From: Acidimicrobiales bacterium
GTDB taxonomy: Bacteria; Actinomycetota; Acidimicrobiia; Acidimicrobiales; Acidimicrobilacustridaceae
DNA: 64,000 nt
Assembly (NCBI GenBank): GCA_018401565.1
Contig: JAGYKS010000021.1
Span: forward strand, 29,307-93,306
Direction of reading: 5' to 3'
The translations under genes were made by a program, and so were the position numbers. Below, in pieces: positions 46,762 to 57,622 of the stretch (the first letter of the stretch is position 1; the number at the start of each line of letters is the position of its first letter). A model generated the notes under the pieces. That model did not search any database, was not told the DNA's origin, and saw only the letters and a program-made list of their open reading frames with translations.

Positions 46762-49700
46762 TTAGGGCTCCACGATCACAGTGCCCCGCATCGAGGGGTG
46801 GGGAGAACACTGATACTGGTAGGTACCCGGAGTGTTGAAGGTGACCGATGCCGACTGGCCCTGCGGCAGCAGCCCGGTGCTGAACCCATTCCCTGTAGCG
46901 GAGTGCTGCGCCACATCCCTGTTGGTCCATGTCACCGTGCCTCCGACCCGCACTCGCACCTCCGCCTCGGCAAAGGCAAATCCGCTGATGTCCACCGCTA
47001 CCGACGACGGCGCTGATTGAGGCGGAGGCGAAGTTGGCCATGGCACGTAGGTCCGGCACGGCTGGGCCCGCAGGATTCCGCACGCTGGGACGGCAGCCAG
47101 CACCGGAGCGGTGACAGCCCGACGGACCCACCGGGTAGCCGGTGACGGGGCCACACCAGTTGGCGACGCCGTGTCCACGATCTGGTTGGTGACCACCGGC
47201 AGGGTGATCTTCGACGAACGAGTCGCGCTCACGTGCAGGGTGTGGGTGGCAGGGTCGGGAGCCGAGTCGAACGTCCACAGCACCCGGCTGGCACCGGGGG
47301 CATCGACCGACACCCGGATCTGGGATCCGGCCCGGAAGATGTGACCGAACGGGAACACCGGCACCCGAACCTGGGTGGGCACGCCCGGCTGCAGCTGACA
47401 GTTCGCAGCGTCAGCTTCGGTCCCGGTGGCCCAAGGCGCCAGCGGGAACGACAGGGTGGGGTCGTCGACACAGAAGCTGGTGCGAGCCCAGCCGCTTTGC
47501 ACGTACACCTCGTTGCCCTCAGGAGTGACCTCGGAGATGGTCACCTCGACGTCGGTCACGTTCTGTTCAGGCGTGCCGGTCGGATCCCACGTCAGCCACA
47601 GGTCGGCCATGGCGTTGCCCGCCATCACTGCAGTCGACACCAGCGGATCCGAGGTGAATGCGACGTAGTTGCCCGACGTCGGCTGGCTCCCAGTCGTAGC
47701 ACGACACCTGGTTGTTGTCCTTGGGGGTCGGCGCCCACTCCGAACACCCGGGTCCCCGAGTCCACGTGGTGTCAAGCCCCTGGGTCGGGTCGTACTGGTA
47801 CGGACACCGCTGAGCCTGGACCGTTGAGGATCGTGGGTGCCGTGGTGGACATCCCGCCGTCTGCTTCGAAGTAGTAGTCGATCGTGGTGGCTTCGTCAGC
47901 CGGCATGGCCAGCTGGTGAAGGCCTTGGTCTCCGACGGAATCAACGACCCGCCAGCGGCACCGGTCGGACCGGCACCGTTGTCGAACCGCACCAACACCC
48001 TCGGTGAGGCCAAAAACGCGTTGCGGGCCGATGAGTAGGTGGGGTAGCGGGTGGCGTCGTCATATTCCGACGCAGTGAACACCAACTCCCCACCCGGCGG
48101 GGTCTCGGCCCCACCCAGCAACTGCTCAATGGCTGCATTGATCAGGATATTGAGCAACACCACGTTGATGTTGGGCCGCTCACCCTTGACGAAAAAGGCC
48201 AGATGCTCAAATGTGGCCTTCAGGTTCTCAGGGGCAATGGGCTCAATGTGCGTGCCGTTCTGGGCCATGATCTTCACGTAGGTGGAATCGGAGAACTGCC
48301 CGATCATGTTGCCCCACGCCCCTCCGGTCTGCTCGTCCTGCCATGCGCCCACGATCAGGGTGGGGGCAGTGATGTTGCCGACGAAGCGCTGCGGACCGAG
48401 GTACTCATCAGTGGGCTTTTCGTACTGCGAATTGTCGATTCGGGTCAGCAGGTCTGCAGCCTGACCGTGCAGTCGCTGCGCCTTCTGGCACTGCGGGTCC
48501 GGATCGCCGACAGACTTACCCGCACGATCCACACCAGTGATCTTCACGCCGGCGTAGTCGATGCCACCACGCCACGAACCATCGATCTGCAGCCGTGACG
48601 GCAGAGCCCGTCCGACGGCGCCCTCAGCCCACCCGCGGGCAAAGCCGTTGTTGTAGATGCCGCCGGGGAACAGCACGCCACGGGCCATGTCGGGAACGAC
48701 CGACACCGGGGTGATGGCCGCCAGCGACGGCGGTTGGGTCTGACCCACGAACAGCTGCGAGATACCGGGGTAGGAGATGCCGACAGTGCCGACCTTTCCA
48801 CCCTTGACCCAGCTCTGGGCGGCCACCGTCTCGATGGCGTCGTAGCCATCGAGCGACTGCAGCTGCTCGAAGTAGTCGAAGGCGCCGGCCGAGCAGGCGG
48901 TACCGCGCATCTGCACCTGTACCAGTGCGTAGCCAAACTGCGGTGCCAGCAGACGGTACGGGCTCGAACCCGGGGCGAGCTCGTAGGGGTTGGACAGGTC
49001 ATAGCCCGAGTACTCCACCAGGGTGGGGAACGGGCCCGGACCAGCCGGGAAGGTCACCACCACTGCCAGCTGGGTTCCGTCACGCGTGGTGAGGTAGTTG
49101 AAACCACGCTTGAGGGACTGCCCGGTATACAGCGGCCCGGTGGGATGCTCCATGTCGGCCAGTGGCTCGCTCATCTCGGTCACGACGATCTCAACTGCCC
49201 GCGACACGCCGTCGCCGTCGAGGTACACCACCCGGTACACACCAGGCGGCACGTCACGCCACAGCTTGCCGCCGTCGATGTCGAGCTCGGCGGTATCCAC
49301 AAGGTCACCAAGTGCGGTGTAGACGCTGACCACGGTGCCCGGGGTGCCCTCAGCTGAGATCTGCCCCACCGAGCCACGGGCCAGCACGCCACCGTTCCAG
49401 GCGTCACCAAACGACGCCAGGCGGAACAAGAACGCCGCCATCTGGCCACGGGTCACATTCTGGGTGGGTGAGTACTGGGTGCCGGCTGCGTTGGTACCCG
49501 TGGTGATGCCGTTGGCCTTCATCCAGCATGCACCGGTGGCGAACCTGACATTGGTCGGTGCATCGGTGAACCCACACGAGGTCGGGCCGGCCACCTCGCC
49601 GGCCAGACTCCACAAGAACCCGGCCATCTGGTCGCGGGTCACGATCCGGTTGGGACCGTAGAGCGTTCCGCCACTGTTGATCCCGGTGGTGACGCCCTCC

Positions 49701-50126
49701 TGCTTGAGCCAACACGTGGCGTCCACCTGACTCGGCGTCACGGCCCTCCATGTCGGTGAATCCGCACGGCGACTCGTCGGGGACCGGCTTGCCCATGAGG
49801 CGCCACATCAACAGCGCCATTTGCACCCGGTTCACCGGGTTGGCTGGCGAGTACCGGCCAGCACCACCGGCACCCTGGGTGATGTCCTGGTCGAGCAACC
49901 ACGCCACGCCCTGGGCGAACGACGCCGAGTCGGGCACATCCGTGAATCCAGGATCGGGTGCCGACGGGTACCCAGCCGGACGCAGCACGCCGTCGTCGGG
50001 CAAGGGGATTGAGGTGGGGCCTCCGTTGGCGGCGGCCGGTCCCACCGGCACCATCACCACCGTGGTGAACAGCAGAGCCAGGGCGGTGGCGATGGCCACG
50101 ACGATGCGTCGGGTGGGCGAGATCAT
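46762..50126 (-). pseudogene. Secreted SLH-repeat / CocE-NonD (X-Pro dipeptidyl-peptidase S15) hydrolase / C-terminal cupredoxin fusion, at least 4 frame breaks
   Basis: It starts at ATG 50124-26 (RBS AGGAG) with signal peptide MISPTRRIVVAIATALALLFTTVVMVPVGPAAA, followed by 3 SLH-like repeats. The hydrolase core is TLVEYSGYDLSNPY...GTVGISYPGISQLF (GxSYxG). The PepX_C-like domain is ...FPFGHIFRAGSQIRVSVDAP...ITLPVV. The cupredoxin end is ...VTWTNRDVAQHSATG...PGTYQYQCSPHPSMRGTVIVEP. Frames change near 49745, 47900, 47810 and 47690. Confidence 0.7.
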
Positions 50127-50209
50127 GTCTTCTCCTGGGTTGTGTTCTTCATCACGAGTGCAAGGGGCGGTTGCCGTTGTCAGCGGGTCGGGGCCCGTCC
50201 CGGGACGTC

Positions 50210-52945
50210 TCAGCGAAACGGCGCCAGGCAGGGTGCGCCGTTGCACACGTCAAGGAACGTCCCACCGAAGAAGGCGTACTTCTGTGCACGTGCCGACACC
50301 TGGGCCCGCGGCTCGCTGTGCGGGTCGCGCTTCACGTCGGGATAACCGGGCGAACCCGGAGCCACGTTCTGGATGGGCGCCGGGGTATTGCCCGAATCCC
50401 ACATCACATAGGCGCTACCGGTGAAACCGCCAGCCTCCTCCTGTGGGGTGAGGCGCTCGATGCCCCAGAACGGATCCACATCCAGTCGGTCGGTGAATCC
50501 CGAGTTGGCGCTGCGGCCAGGGTCCAGTGCCGGAGGGTCGTAGAGCTTGATCCCGGCGGTGCGAGCCATGTTGTCGGCGGTCACGATGGCCACCTGGTGG
50601 TCGGCATAAGCCACATGCAGCAACACCTCATGGGGCTGGGTGCCGGGCAGGGGGTCGTCGGTGAGGTGATGGGCGTAGCCGTTCACCATCGGCACGATCC
50701 CACAGGATCTGGGTGAACCGCGAGCGCCGGCAGCCGGTCAATTTCGTTGGTGTAGGCGCCATCGAACACCAGGGCGTACCCCGGCCAGTCGGAGCTGCGG
50801 TACAGCAGGATCGAGTAGTTCATGCCCGGCACACCGAGCACGGCCCGGTCGAACTCGTTGGACACGGCGGTGAGCGCCCCACCCATGATCCCGCCCTGCG
50901 AGTTGCCGTCATACGACAGTGACGTGTTGTCGATCAGCGACTGGCCACCACTGCGGAATGCCGGGTTGGCGGAAAAACCATTGGCGTTGCGCATCAACCG
51001 CCCCAAAAACAGCTGGTTCAAAAATCCCTGCTGGGCGCCGTCGGCGATGAAGTTGAACTTGGACAGGTCCCGCAGCGACTGAAGGGCATTGAGAAGGTCG
51101 GCACCGGAGAACCCGGCCCAGAAGGTGGCACAGAACATCACGTTGTGCTCATCGGCGAAGGCCCTCACATTGCCGGCCCCGACCTCTTTGTAATTGCCCA
51201 GCAGGCCATGCCCGTACAGCGACATGGTGGCGGGGTCGGCCGTGGACACAACGTTGTTGGCCGGCAACACACACCGGAACGGCACCGTCAGGTTGGGACG
51301 TGTCGTGCTGCGCACCGGCAGCCCGTCAGGACCCCAGTTGAACAGGGCGCCGCCCACCGATGGAGCGTCGGACTGGTAGTTCGGTACCTGGTACGTGCCG
51401 TCGATGATGCGTCGGGAGGGGTCGTGGTCACACTCGACCGGCTTGATCGTTGCTCCGCAGTTGGTTCCTGCGGGTGGGGCCGAGCACCGATGCGGTGAGC
51501 GCGGGGGCGTCGGTGCCGAGCCGATCAAAGGCGTCGTCACGGATGTGGAGCATCCGCTCGCTGAGGTTGCGCTCGCTGGCCACGGTGAAGTCCCACGCCA
51601 GAATGAACTCCGACGTGTTGTACCCCAGGTCGTCGAAGCGCCCCAGCAGGGCGTCCATGGCCGGGCGACGGGCCTCGATCACGTCGGGCGCAGGGTCGGT
51701 GGAAAACGCAACGGCGGCGAACTCGTCGCTCGCCGCAACAGGTGCACCGACCCCATCGACGAGGTTGCGCAATGCCACGATGTAGCGGGCCCCCTCGTCG
51801 TAGTTGCGGGCCGGAACGATCGTGAGCAGTCGGTCTGCGTCGCTGGTGGCCTGGGTGTCGTACTCCACCCAGTGGGGGTGACGCTCGCCGGTGACGGCAT
51901 TGATCACCAGCACCGGGGAATCCTCGGCCACCGACATGCCGATGTCGGTGATGGGGGCGGCACCCGAGGCGTCAAGATCAACCGACGGGATATAGGTGAG
52001 AAGTACCTGACCGGGGCTGAACCCGTCGTTGCGGTTCTGCTCGGCCGGGTCGATGCGGATGCCAGAGCTGTTCACGGGAGTGGCGGTGGCGTCGAAGTCC
52101 AACCGAAGGCCGGTGTCGGTGCCGGCGTCGGCAGCGGTGAACCGGTTGCTCGGGAATGGCAGCATGCACCTGCGCGCATCGACAATGTCGCACGGGTACA
52201 CGTCGTCATTGAGTCGACCGACGTCCCATGCATCGGCGTCGGCCACGGCCACCAGGCGGAACAAAAAGGACGCCATCTGGCCTCTGGTCACCGTCTGCAG
52301 CGGTGAGTACCGGGTACCCGCAGGGTTGGTGCCGGTGGTGATCCCGTACTGCTTGAGCCAACACGCCCCGGTGGCGAACTCAGCCCTGGCCGGAGGATCA
52401 TCAAACCCACACGACCGCGGACCCGCAACCCTCGACGCCAAACGCCACAGGAACCCGGCCATCTCCTCACGGGTCACTACCCGATCAGGGCCAAACAACG
52501 TCTGGGCGTTGTTGACGCCGGTGGTGATCCCCTGCTGCTTGAGCCAACACGTGGCATCGATCTGATCAGCCGACCGACCCACCATGTCAGTGAATCCACA
52601 CGGCGACACATCAGGTGCAGGCTCACCCATCATCCGCCACATGAACAACGCCATCTGCACCCGACTCACCGGCGCCTCAGGCGAATAGCGGCCCGGACCA
52701 CCCAGACCCTGCGTGATGCCTTTGATGAGCAACCAATCCACTGGCTGGGCGAACGAGGCAGTTGCGGGAACATCGGTGAACTCCACCGACTGTGGTGTGA
52801 CCACGGCAGTGGGCTGGGCCGGGGCCTGGCCGGACTCCACCGCCTGGCCGCCAGCGGCCGAGGTCTGGGCCAACGGCACCACCGCTGCCACCAGGGCCAC
52901 TGCGATTCCACCGACCAACCGACGAGTCCATGCCGCGTTCACCAT
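50210..52945 (-). pseudogene. Secreted protein: signal peptide, triple SLH-like cassette, alpha/beta-hydrolase-like domain (GNSQGG elbow); about 3 frame breaks
   Basis: ORF 51428..52948: MVNAAWTRRLVGGIAVALVAAVVPLAQTSAA, then three F[TD]D...W...GIT.G...P...VTR.[QE]MA.FL.R repeats. It continues in ORF 50683..51540 (...SLSYDGNSQGGIMGGALTAVS...) and ORF 50210..50695 (...LLHVAYADHQVAIVTADNMARTAG...). Frames change near 51480, 50735 and 50705. Confidence 0.6.
52254..52717. repeat. Copy 1 of a 464-bp direct repeat encoding SLH-like repeats 2-3 (partner at 53090-53554)
   Basis: Aligned by eye, with about 27 differences over 464 bp (roughly 94% identity). The first about 130 bp from 52273 are identical. 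Confidence 0.85.
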
Positions 52946-53031
52946 CACTTCACCAAGCCCCCAGTAGTACCGATCAACAACGCACTGACCCTAGTGCCTT
53001 CCGACACAGTTGTTACCGCGCAGGCCAAGAG

Positions 53032-54981
53032 TCACGAAAACACGGCTGTTGGCGGTACCGGGAGGTCCCAGGCGCCACGTTCGGAGGCGAGGCGGAACAA
53101 AAATGCCGCCATCTGGCCTCTGGTCACCGTCTGCAGCGGTGAGTACCGGGTACCCGCAGGGTTGGTGCCGGTGGTGATCCCGTACTGCTTGAGCCAACAC
53201 GCCCCGGTGGCGAACTCAGCCCTGGCCGGAGGATCAACAAACCCACACGACCCCGAACCCGCAACCCTCGACGCCAAACGCCACAGGAACCCGGCCATCT
53301 CCTCACGGGTCACTACCCGGCTCGGCCCAAACAACGTCTGGGCGTTGTTGACGCCAGTGGTGATCCCCTGCTGCTTGAGCCAACATGTGGCAACAATCTG
53401 CTCAGCCGGCCGACCCACCATGTCAGTGAATCCACACGGCGACACATCAGGTGCAGGCTCACCCATCATCCGCCACGCGAGACAACGCCATCTGCACCCG
53501 ACTCACCGGCGCCTCGGGCGAATAGCGCCGGGCCCCACCCAGCCCCTGCGTGATCTCGCGATCCAGCAGCCAGTCCACCCCCTGGTCGAACGACGCCCCA
53601 GCGGCCACGTCGGTGAAGTCGGCCAATGGGATCCTGCTCAGGCCGGCGATGGCGTCCTCGATCGCCGACAGCACCTTTGGCCCGGTGGGACGACCCAACG
53701 ACACGCCCTCCTCGTACCCCCCGGCGATCCACTGGTCATCGGGGATGATGTAGCCCAACGAATCGTTGGTGGTGGCAAACAGGAACTGTGCCTCCCCACC
53801 CAGACGGTCACGCACCGACACGTCGGTTCCAGTCCTGCCGTAGCTGCTCAGGGGTTCACCAGGAAACGCCACCATCGAGATGAATGTGTCGTCGGTGCCC
53901 AACCGGACCACGGTGACCGTTGACGTGATTCTGGGCGTTGCTCCCGCAAACGACAGGTCGTAGTACCCCGCCAATGGCGACACCGCCGCCGGGATGCCCA
54001 CCAACGCCGACAACAGCGTCCCCGATGGCTGGAACGTGGCCGACTTCACTGCCATGGACATCCCCGGCGGGATCACCTCGGCGTTGACCAGCGCCCCCAC
54101 CGCCGCCGACGGCGATGGCTCCACCCAGTCGCTGCTGCGATGACTGTCCCGGCTGCCTGGGGTCCGCCGCCGGGACCGACGGGCTGAGGTCACCGAGCGT
54201 CCCGTTGACAAACAGGGCAACGCCACCCACGAGTTCCTCAATCGAGTCGCGCACCGGGCCCACGAAGTCGGTGCCGATGCGGGTGTTGCCACGCGCCGTG
54301 AGTACGGGGTGGGCGCCATAGTTGGCAATGGTGGCAACAACGTCACCGCCATTGGGCCGGGTGAACTGCATGACCGACAGCGTGTCGTCACGGTCATCAG
54401 GCACGCCACGACGGTTGGGTGCCCAGATCGGGAACGTCGACGCTGGCCACCCGCAGATCGGCGGGTCCCAGTGCATCCACTGCCGCCACCGCAGCAGCCA
54501 CTGACTCGTTGACCACCCGCTGGCGGTAGGCAGGTGCCACCCCGCCCCAGATGCCCTGGAAGTCGAGGCTGGCATGCGAGTGGCTCACATGCACCATCAC
54601 GGCCCGGGAACTGATGCCGGTGGCCGCAGCAATGCCATCGCGAATGGCCCGCATCCACAGGTTGCCCATTCCCACCAGATCGAGGGTCACCAGCACGGTG
54701 CGCTGCTCCTCGAATCCGATCACCACGGCACGCGCCGAGGTGTCCTCGTGCACATTGGGGTTGGCCTCAGCCCTGTAGCTGGGACCAAAGTCGTAGCCGC
54801 CGAGGTACAGGCCGGCATTCAGTTCAGACTGGGTCGGGCTGATACTTCGGGTGGCCGCCCCCACCACGAACGTGTCGCCTACCGGGTTGGCACCCGCAGG
54901 TTCGGTAGCCACCGGCACGGTGGTCACGACCATGACCACCACCAGCAGGCCGGCCACAACACTGGCAAGCGAACGCTTCAC
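53032..54981 (-). pseudogene. Secreted neutral-ceramidase-like hydrolase with C-terminal triple SLH-like cassette; at least 3 frame breaks
   Basis: ORF 54397..54981: signal MKRSLASVVAGLLVVVMVVTTVPVA, then ...LGGYDFG...HEDTSARAVVIGFEEQRTVLVTLDLVG...VMVHVSHSHAS, a ceramidase-N-like pattern. It then passes through the frames of 53856..54575, 53459..54658 and 53032..53469 (SLH repeats). The last break is at about 53480-53495, where this copy has 1 extra nt relative to its paralogue at 52640-52655. Confidence 0.55.
53090..53554. repeat. Copy 2 of the 464/465-bp SLH-cassette direct repeat
   Basis: See 52254-52717. The offset is 836-837 nt. The 1-nt length difference maps to cacatgaacaacgcc (copy 1) versus cacgcgagacaacgcc (copy 2). 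Confidence 0.85.
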
Positions 54982-55100
54982 CCGTGCAGACTCATCAATC
55001 GGACCATGTCATCAACCCCCGTGCGCGTCCATCGATCGCTTGGTGCCTGATCGATGATCGGGCAACCTATCAGCCGCCGACACATGGGTAAGGTCGGGAG

Positions 55101-56265
55101 GTGCCGTTGGATCTTCCGCCCGCCACCGCTGCAGGTGGTCAACGTCGAGTGGTGGTGGCCGGTTGGTCGGGAACGACCAACCTTGGCGACGAGCTCCTGC
55201 TCCGCCAGCTCCTGAGGCTTCTCGGGGAGCAGGGCTGCGATGCCACCGTGGTATCGGCTGACCCCGAGTCCACTGCGGCGTTGCACACCGTCGACGCCAT
55301 CGCATTGGGCGACGCCCGGGGATTGTGGCGGGCACTTCGCCGATCACAGGGTCTGGTGCTCGGTCCGGGAACACTCCTGCAGGACCAGACCAGTCCGGCC
55401 AGCCTGCCATGGCATCTGTCCAGGATCGCCACTGCCGCAGCCGCCGGACGACCCGTAGCCGGCGTCGGGCTTGGGGTGGGCCCGCTGCGACGTCCCGGAA
55501 GCCACCGACTCACCGGTGTTGCCATGCGGCGCTGCGTTGGTGTGGCGGTGCGCGACCCTGCGTCAGCGGCGCTGCTGGCGGCGTGCGGCGTGCGGGGCGT
55601 TCGCACGGGCTGCGACCTCGCGTTGGGCCTGGAACCACCCTCTGGCACGGTGCATCCCCGAATCGCGGTGTCGTTGCGGGCTCACCATGGCGGCGGCAGT
55701 GTCATTCCGCTGCGCCGCCACCAGCCCGCAGCGTGGGACCCGGGCCGGGTGGCGGCATTGGCTGCCGGCCTTGGACGACGCCGCCCGACGCACAGGTCTG
55801 CCCCTGCATCTCGTGGCCATGGACACCGATGCCGACGCCCGCTTTCACCAGCTTGGTCGCAGCTCACCTGCGAACCGAGCACACCCTTGAGGTCCCGACC
55901 CTCGACAACGTGGTTGCGACCATCGGGCAGTCAGAGATCGTGATCGCCATGCGCTACCACGCCGGAGTGGCGGCTCTCGTGGGCGGCCGCCCGATGGTGT
56001 TGATCGGGTACACCAACAAAGTTGATGCCCTGGCTGCCGACATCGCCGGAGCCGCCGGCCACGCCACCCCCACCGCCGCATCCGGGCCCCCGGCAACTGG
56101 TGTGGCCCGGGTCGCCGATGGACCCGGAGGCTGGAATGCAGCCTTGGGTCGGCCGCACAGATGGTGCGACCAGCGGCGGCGTCGGTGGCCGCTGCCCGGC
56201 AGCGTCTGGTGGTCGGCATGGACGCCCATCGCCACGTGCTGAGCGCCTTGATCGATTCGCAGTGA
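55101..56265 (+). pseudogene. csaB: Polysaccharide pyruvyl transferase CsaB (SLH-anchor SCWP pyruvylation), 3 frame breaks
   Basis: Frame A: VVVAGWSGTTNLGDELLL...GPGTLLQDQTSPASLPWHL...VGVAVRDPASAALL. Frame C: LDDAARRTGLPLHLVAMDTDADARFHQL. Frame B: ...SEIVIAMRYHAGVAALVGGRPMVLIGYTNKVDALAADI. Frame C again: ...AAARQRLVVGMDAHRHVLSALIDSQ* with TGA at 56263-65. The breaks are near 55765, 55855 and 56150. Confidence 0.75.
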
Positions 56266-56359
56266 CGCCACCGTCGGTGGTTGCGAGACCATCGACGGCT
56301 CTGGCGCCTCCTCGGGCGTCGTTGCATCGGTTGACCACCCGCCCCTAGCCTCGCCGGCA

Positions 56360-56399
56360 CTGCGTCGCTGCGTCGCTGCGTCGCTGCGGTGCTGCGGCG
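56360..56399. repeat. Octanucleotide tandem repeat (CTGCGTCG x3, then CTGCGGTG, CTGCGGCG) about 85 nt upstream of the glycosyltransferase start
   Basis: Five 8-nt units at 56360-56399 in the csaB / GT4 intergenic region. The period is not a multiple of 3. Confidence 0.85.
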
Positions 56400-56482
56400 C
56401 TGGGAACTCCGACCCGACTCGGCACCCCTGCCACGCACCAGCCGCACCAACCCGCACCAATCCCACACACCCCACACACCCC

Positions 56483-57592
56483 ATGCACATCACCTACCTC
56501 GGCCCCGTGCCCCCGTTGCGGGGCGGTATCCCCCAGCACGGCGCGCAACTGGTGTCGGCTCTGGTGCGACTTGGCCACGAGGTGTCAGTGGAGGGCTGGT
56601 CATCGCTCTATCCCCGTCGGCTGTACCCGGTCACCCAGGACGCTGCCCCGCTGGGCTCCCGACCAGCGTTCACCACACCACCTTCACACCTGACGACCGA
56701 CATGAGCTGGGCCAAACCCTGGTCATGGTGGTCAGCTGGCCGCCACGCCCGGCGTACCGACCTGGTGGTGTTCCCGTGGTGGGTTCCGGCACAGGCGCCG
56801 GCGGTGCGCACATTCCTGTCGGCGGCAGGGCGGGTGCCCAAGGTTGGGATGATGCACGACGTGGTGCTCCCCAACCGTCATCGCGGCGACCTGACTCTGG
56901 CGCGACTCGCCCTGCAACCCCTCACCGGGGCAGTGGTCCACAACGCCCACATTGCCCAGCAGGTCCGGTCCCTGCTGCCCCACATCAATCCCATGGCCAT
57001 CGAGCAGGTCGCCCATCCGCCCAATCTGGCCATGTCGGCACGTCCGCTCCCCCCGACTCCACCGCTACGCCTGCTGGTGTTCGGTCATGTGCGCTCCTAC
57101 AAGGGACTTGAACTGGTGTTTGAGGCCCTTGCCCGGGTTGTCGCCAACGGACGTGATGCCCGGCTCACGGTGGCCGGTCAGTTCTGGCAGCCCCTTGGAC
57201 CGTGGCTACAGCAGATCGCCGATCTCAACATGACCGACAGGGTCGAATTGCGCAACGGCTACGTTCCCGACGATGACCTTGACGACCTGTTCAGCGAGCA
57301 TCACCTGGTGGTCACCCCCTACCGGTCGGCCTCACAGTCGGGTGTGGTTCCCCTGGCTGCAGCCGCAGGACGGCCGTCGGTGGTCACCCCGGTGGGCGGG
57401 CTTCCCGAGCAGGTAGCCGACGGTGTCGACGGTGTGGTTGCCACCGACGTCTCCCCAGCGGCTCTGGCTGACGCCATCGACCGGGCGGCAAACGATCTTG
57501 ACCGCCTATCGGCTGGAGCGTTGCGACTTTCGACGTCGTGGCAAGACGTGGCTGACGCCGTCATCAGGGCAGGAAACCGACGGCCCACCTGA
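56483..57592 (+). CDS. Glycosyltransferase family 4 (GT-B fold)
   Basis: MHITYLGPVPPLRGGIPQHGAQL...LLVFGHVRSYKGLELVFEAL...VVTPYRSASQSGVVPLAAAAGRPSVVTPVGGLPEQV carries the E-x7-E-like region of GT4 enzymes. Confidence 0.8.
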   Translation: MHITYLGPVPPLRGGIPQHGAQLVSALVRLGHEVSVEGWSSLYPRRLYPVTQDAAPLGSRPAFTTPPSHLTTDMSWAKPWSWWSAGRHARRTDLVVFPWWVPAQAPAVRTFLSAAGRVPKVGMMHDVVLPNRHRGDLTLARLALQPLTGAVVHNAHIAQQVRSLLPHINPMAIEQVAHPPNLAMSARPLPPTPPLRLLVFGHVRSYKGLELVFEALARVVANGRDARLTVAGQFWQPLGPWLQQIADLNMTDRVELRNGYVPDDDLDDLFSEHHLVVTPYRSASQSGVVPLAAAAGRPSVVTPVGGLPEQVADGVDGVVATDVSPAALADAIDRAANDLDRLSAGALRLSTSWQDVADAVIRAGNRRPT

Positions 57593-57622
57593 CCGAGCGT
57601 GGTCACGACTGTCGGCGACCTA

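Noticed and set aside
46019-47278. 419-aa minus-strand ORF spanning the DUF2252 3' end, the intergenic relic and the hydrolase tail
   Set aside because: It is a chimeric open frame running through three different entities. Only short stretches (the PATRWVR...PACGILRA segments) correspond to the sensible frame of the duplicated tail.
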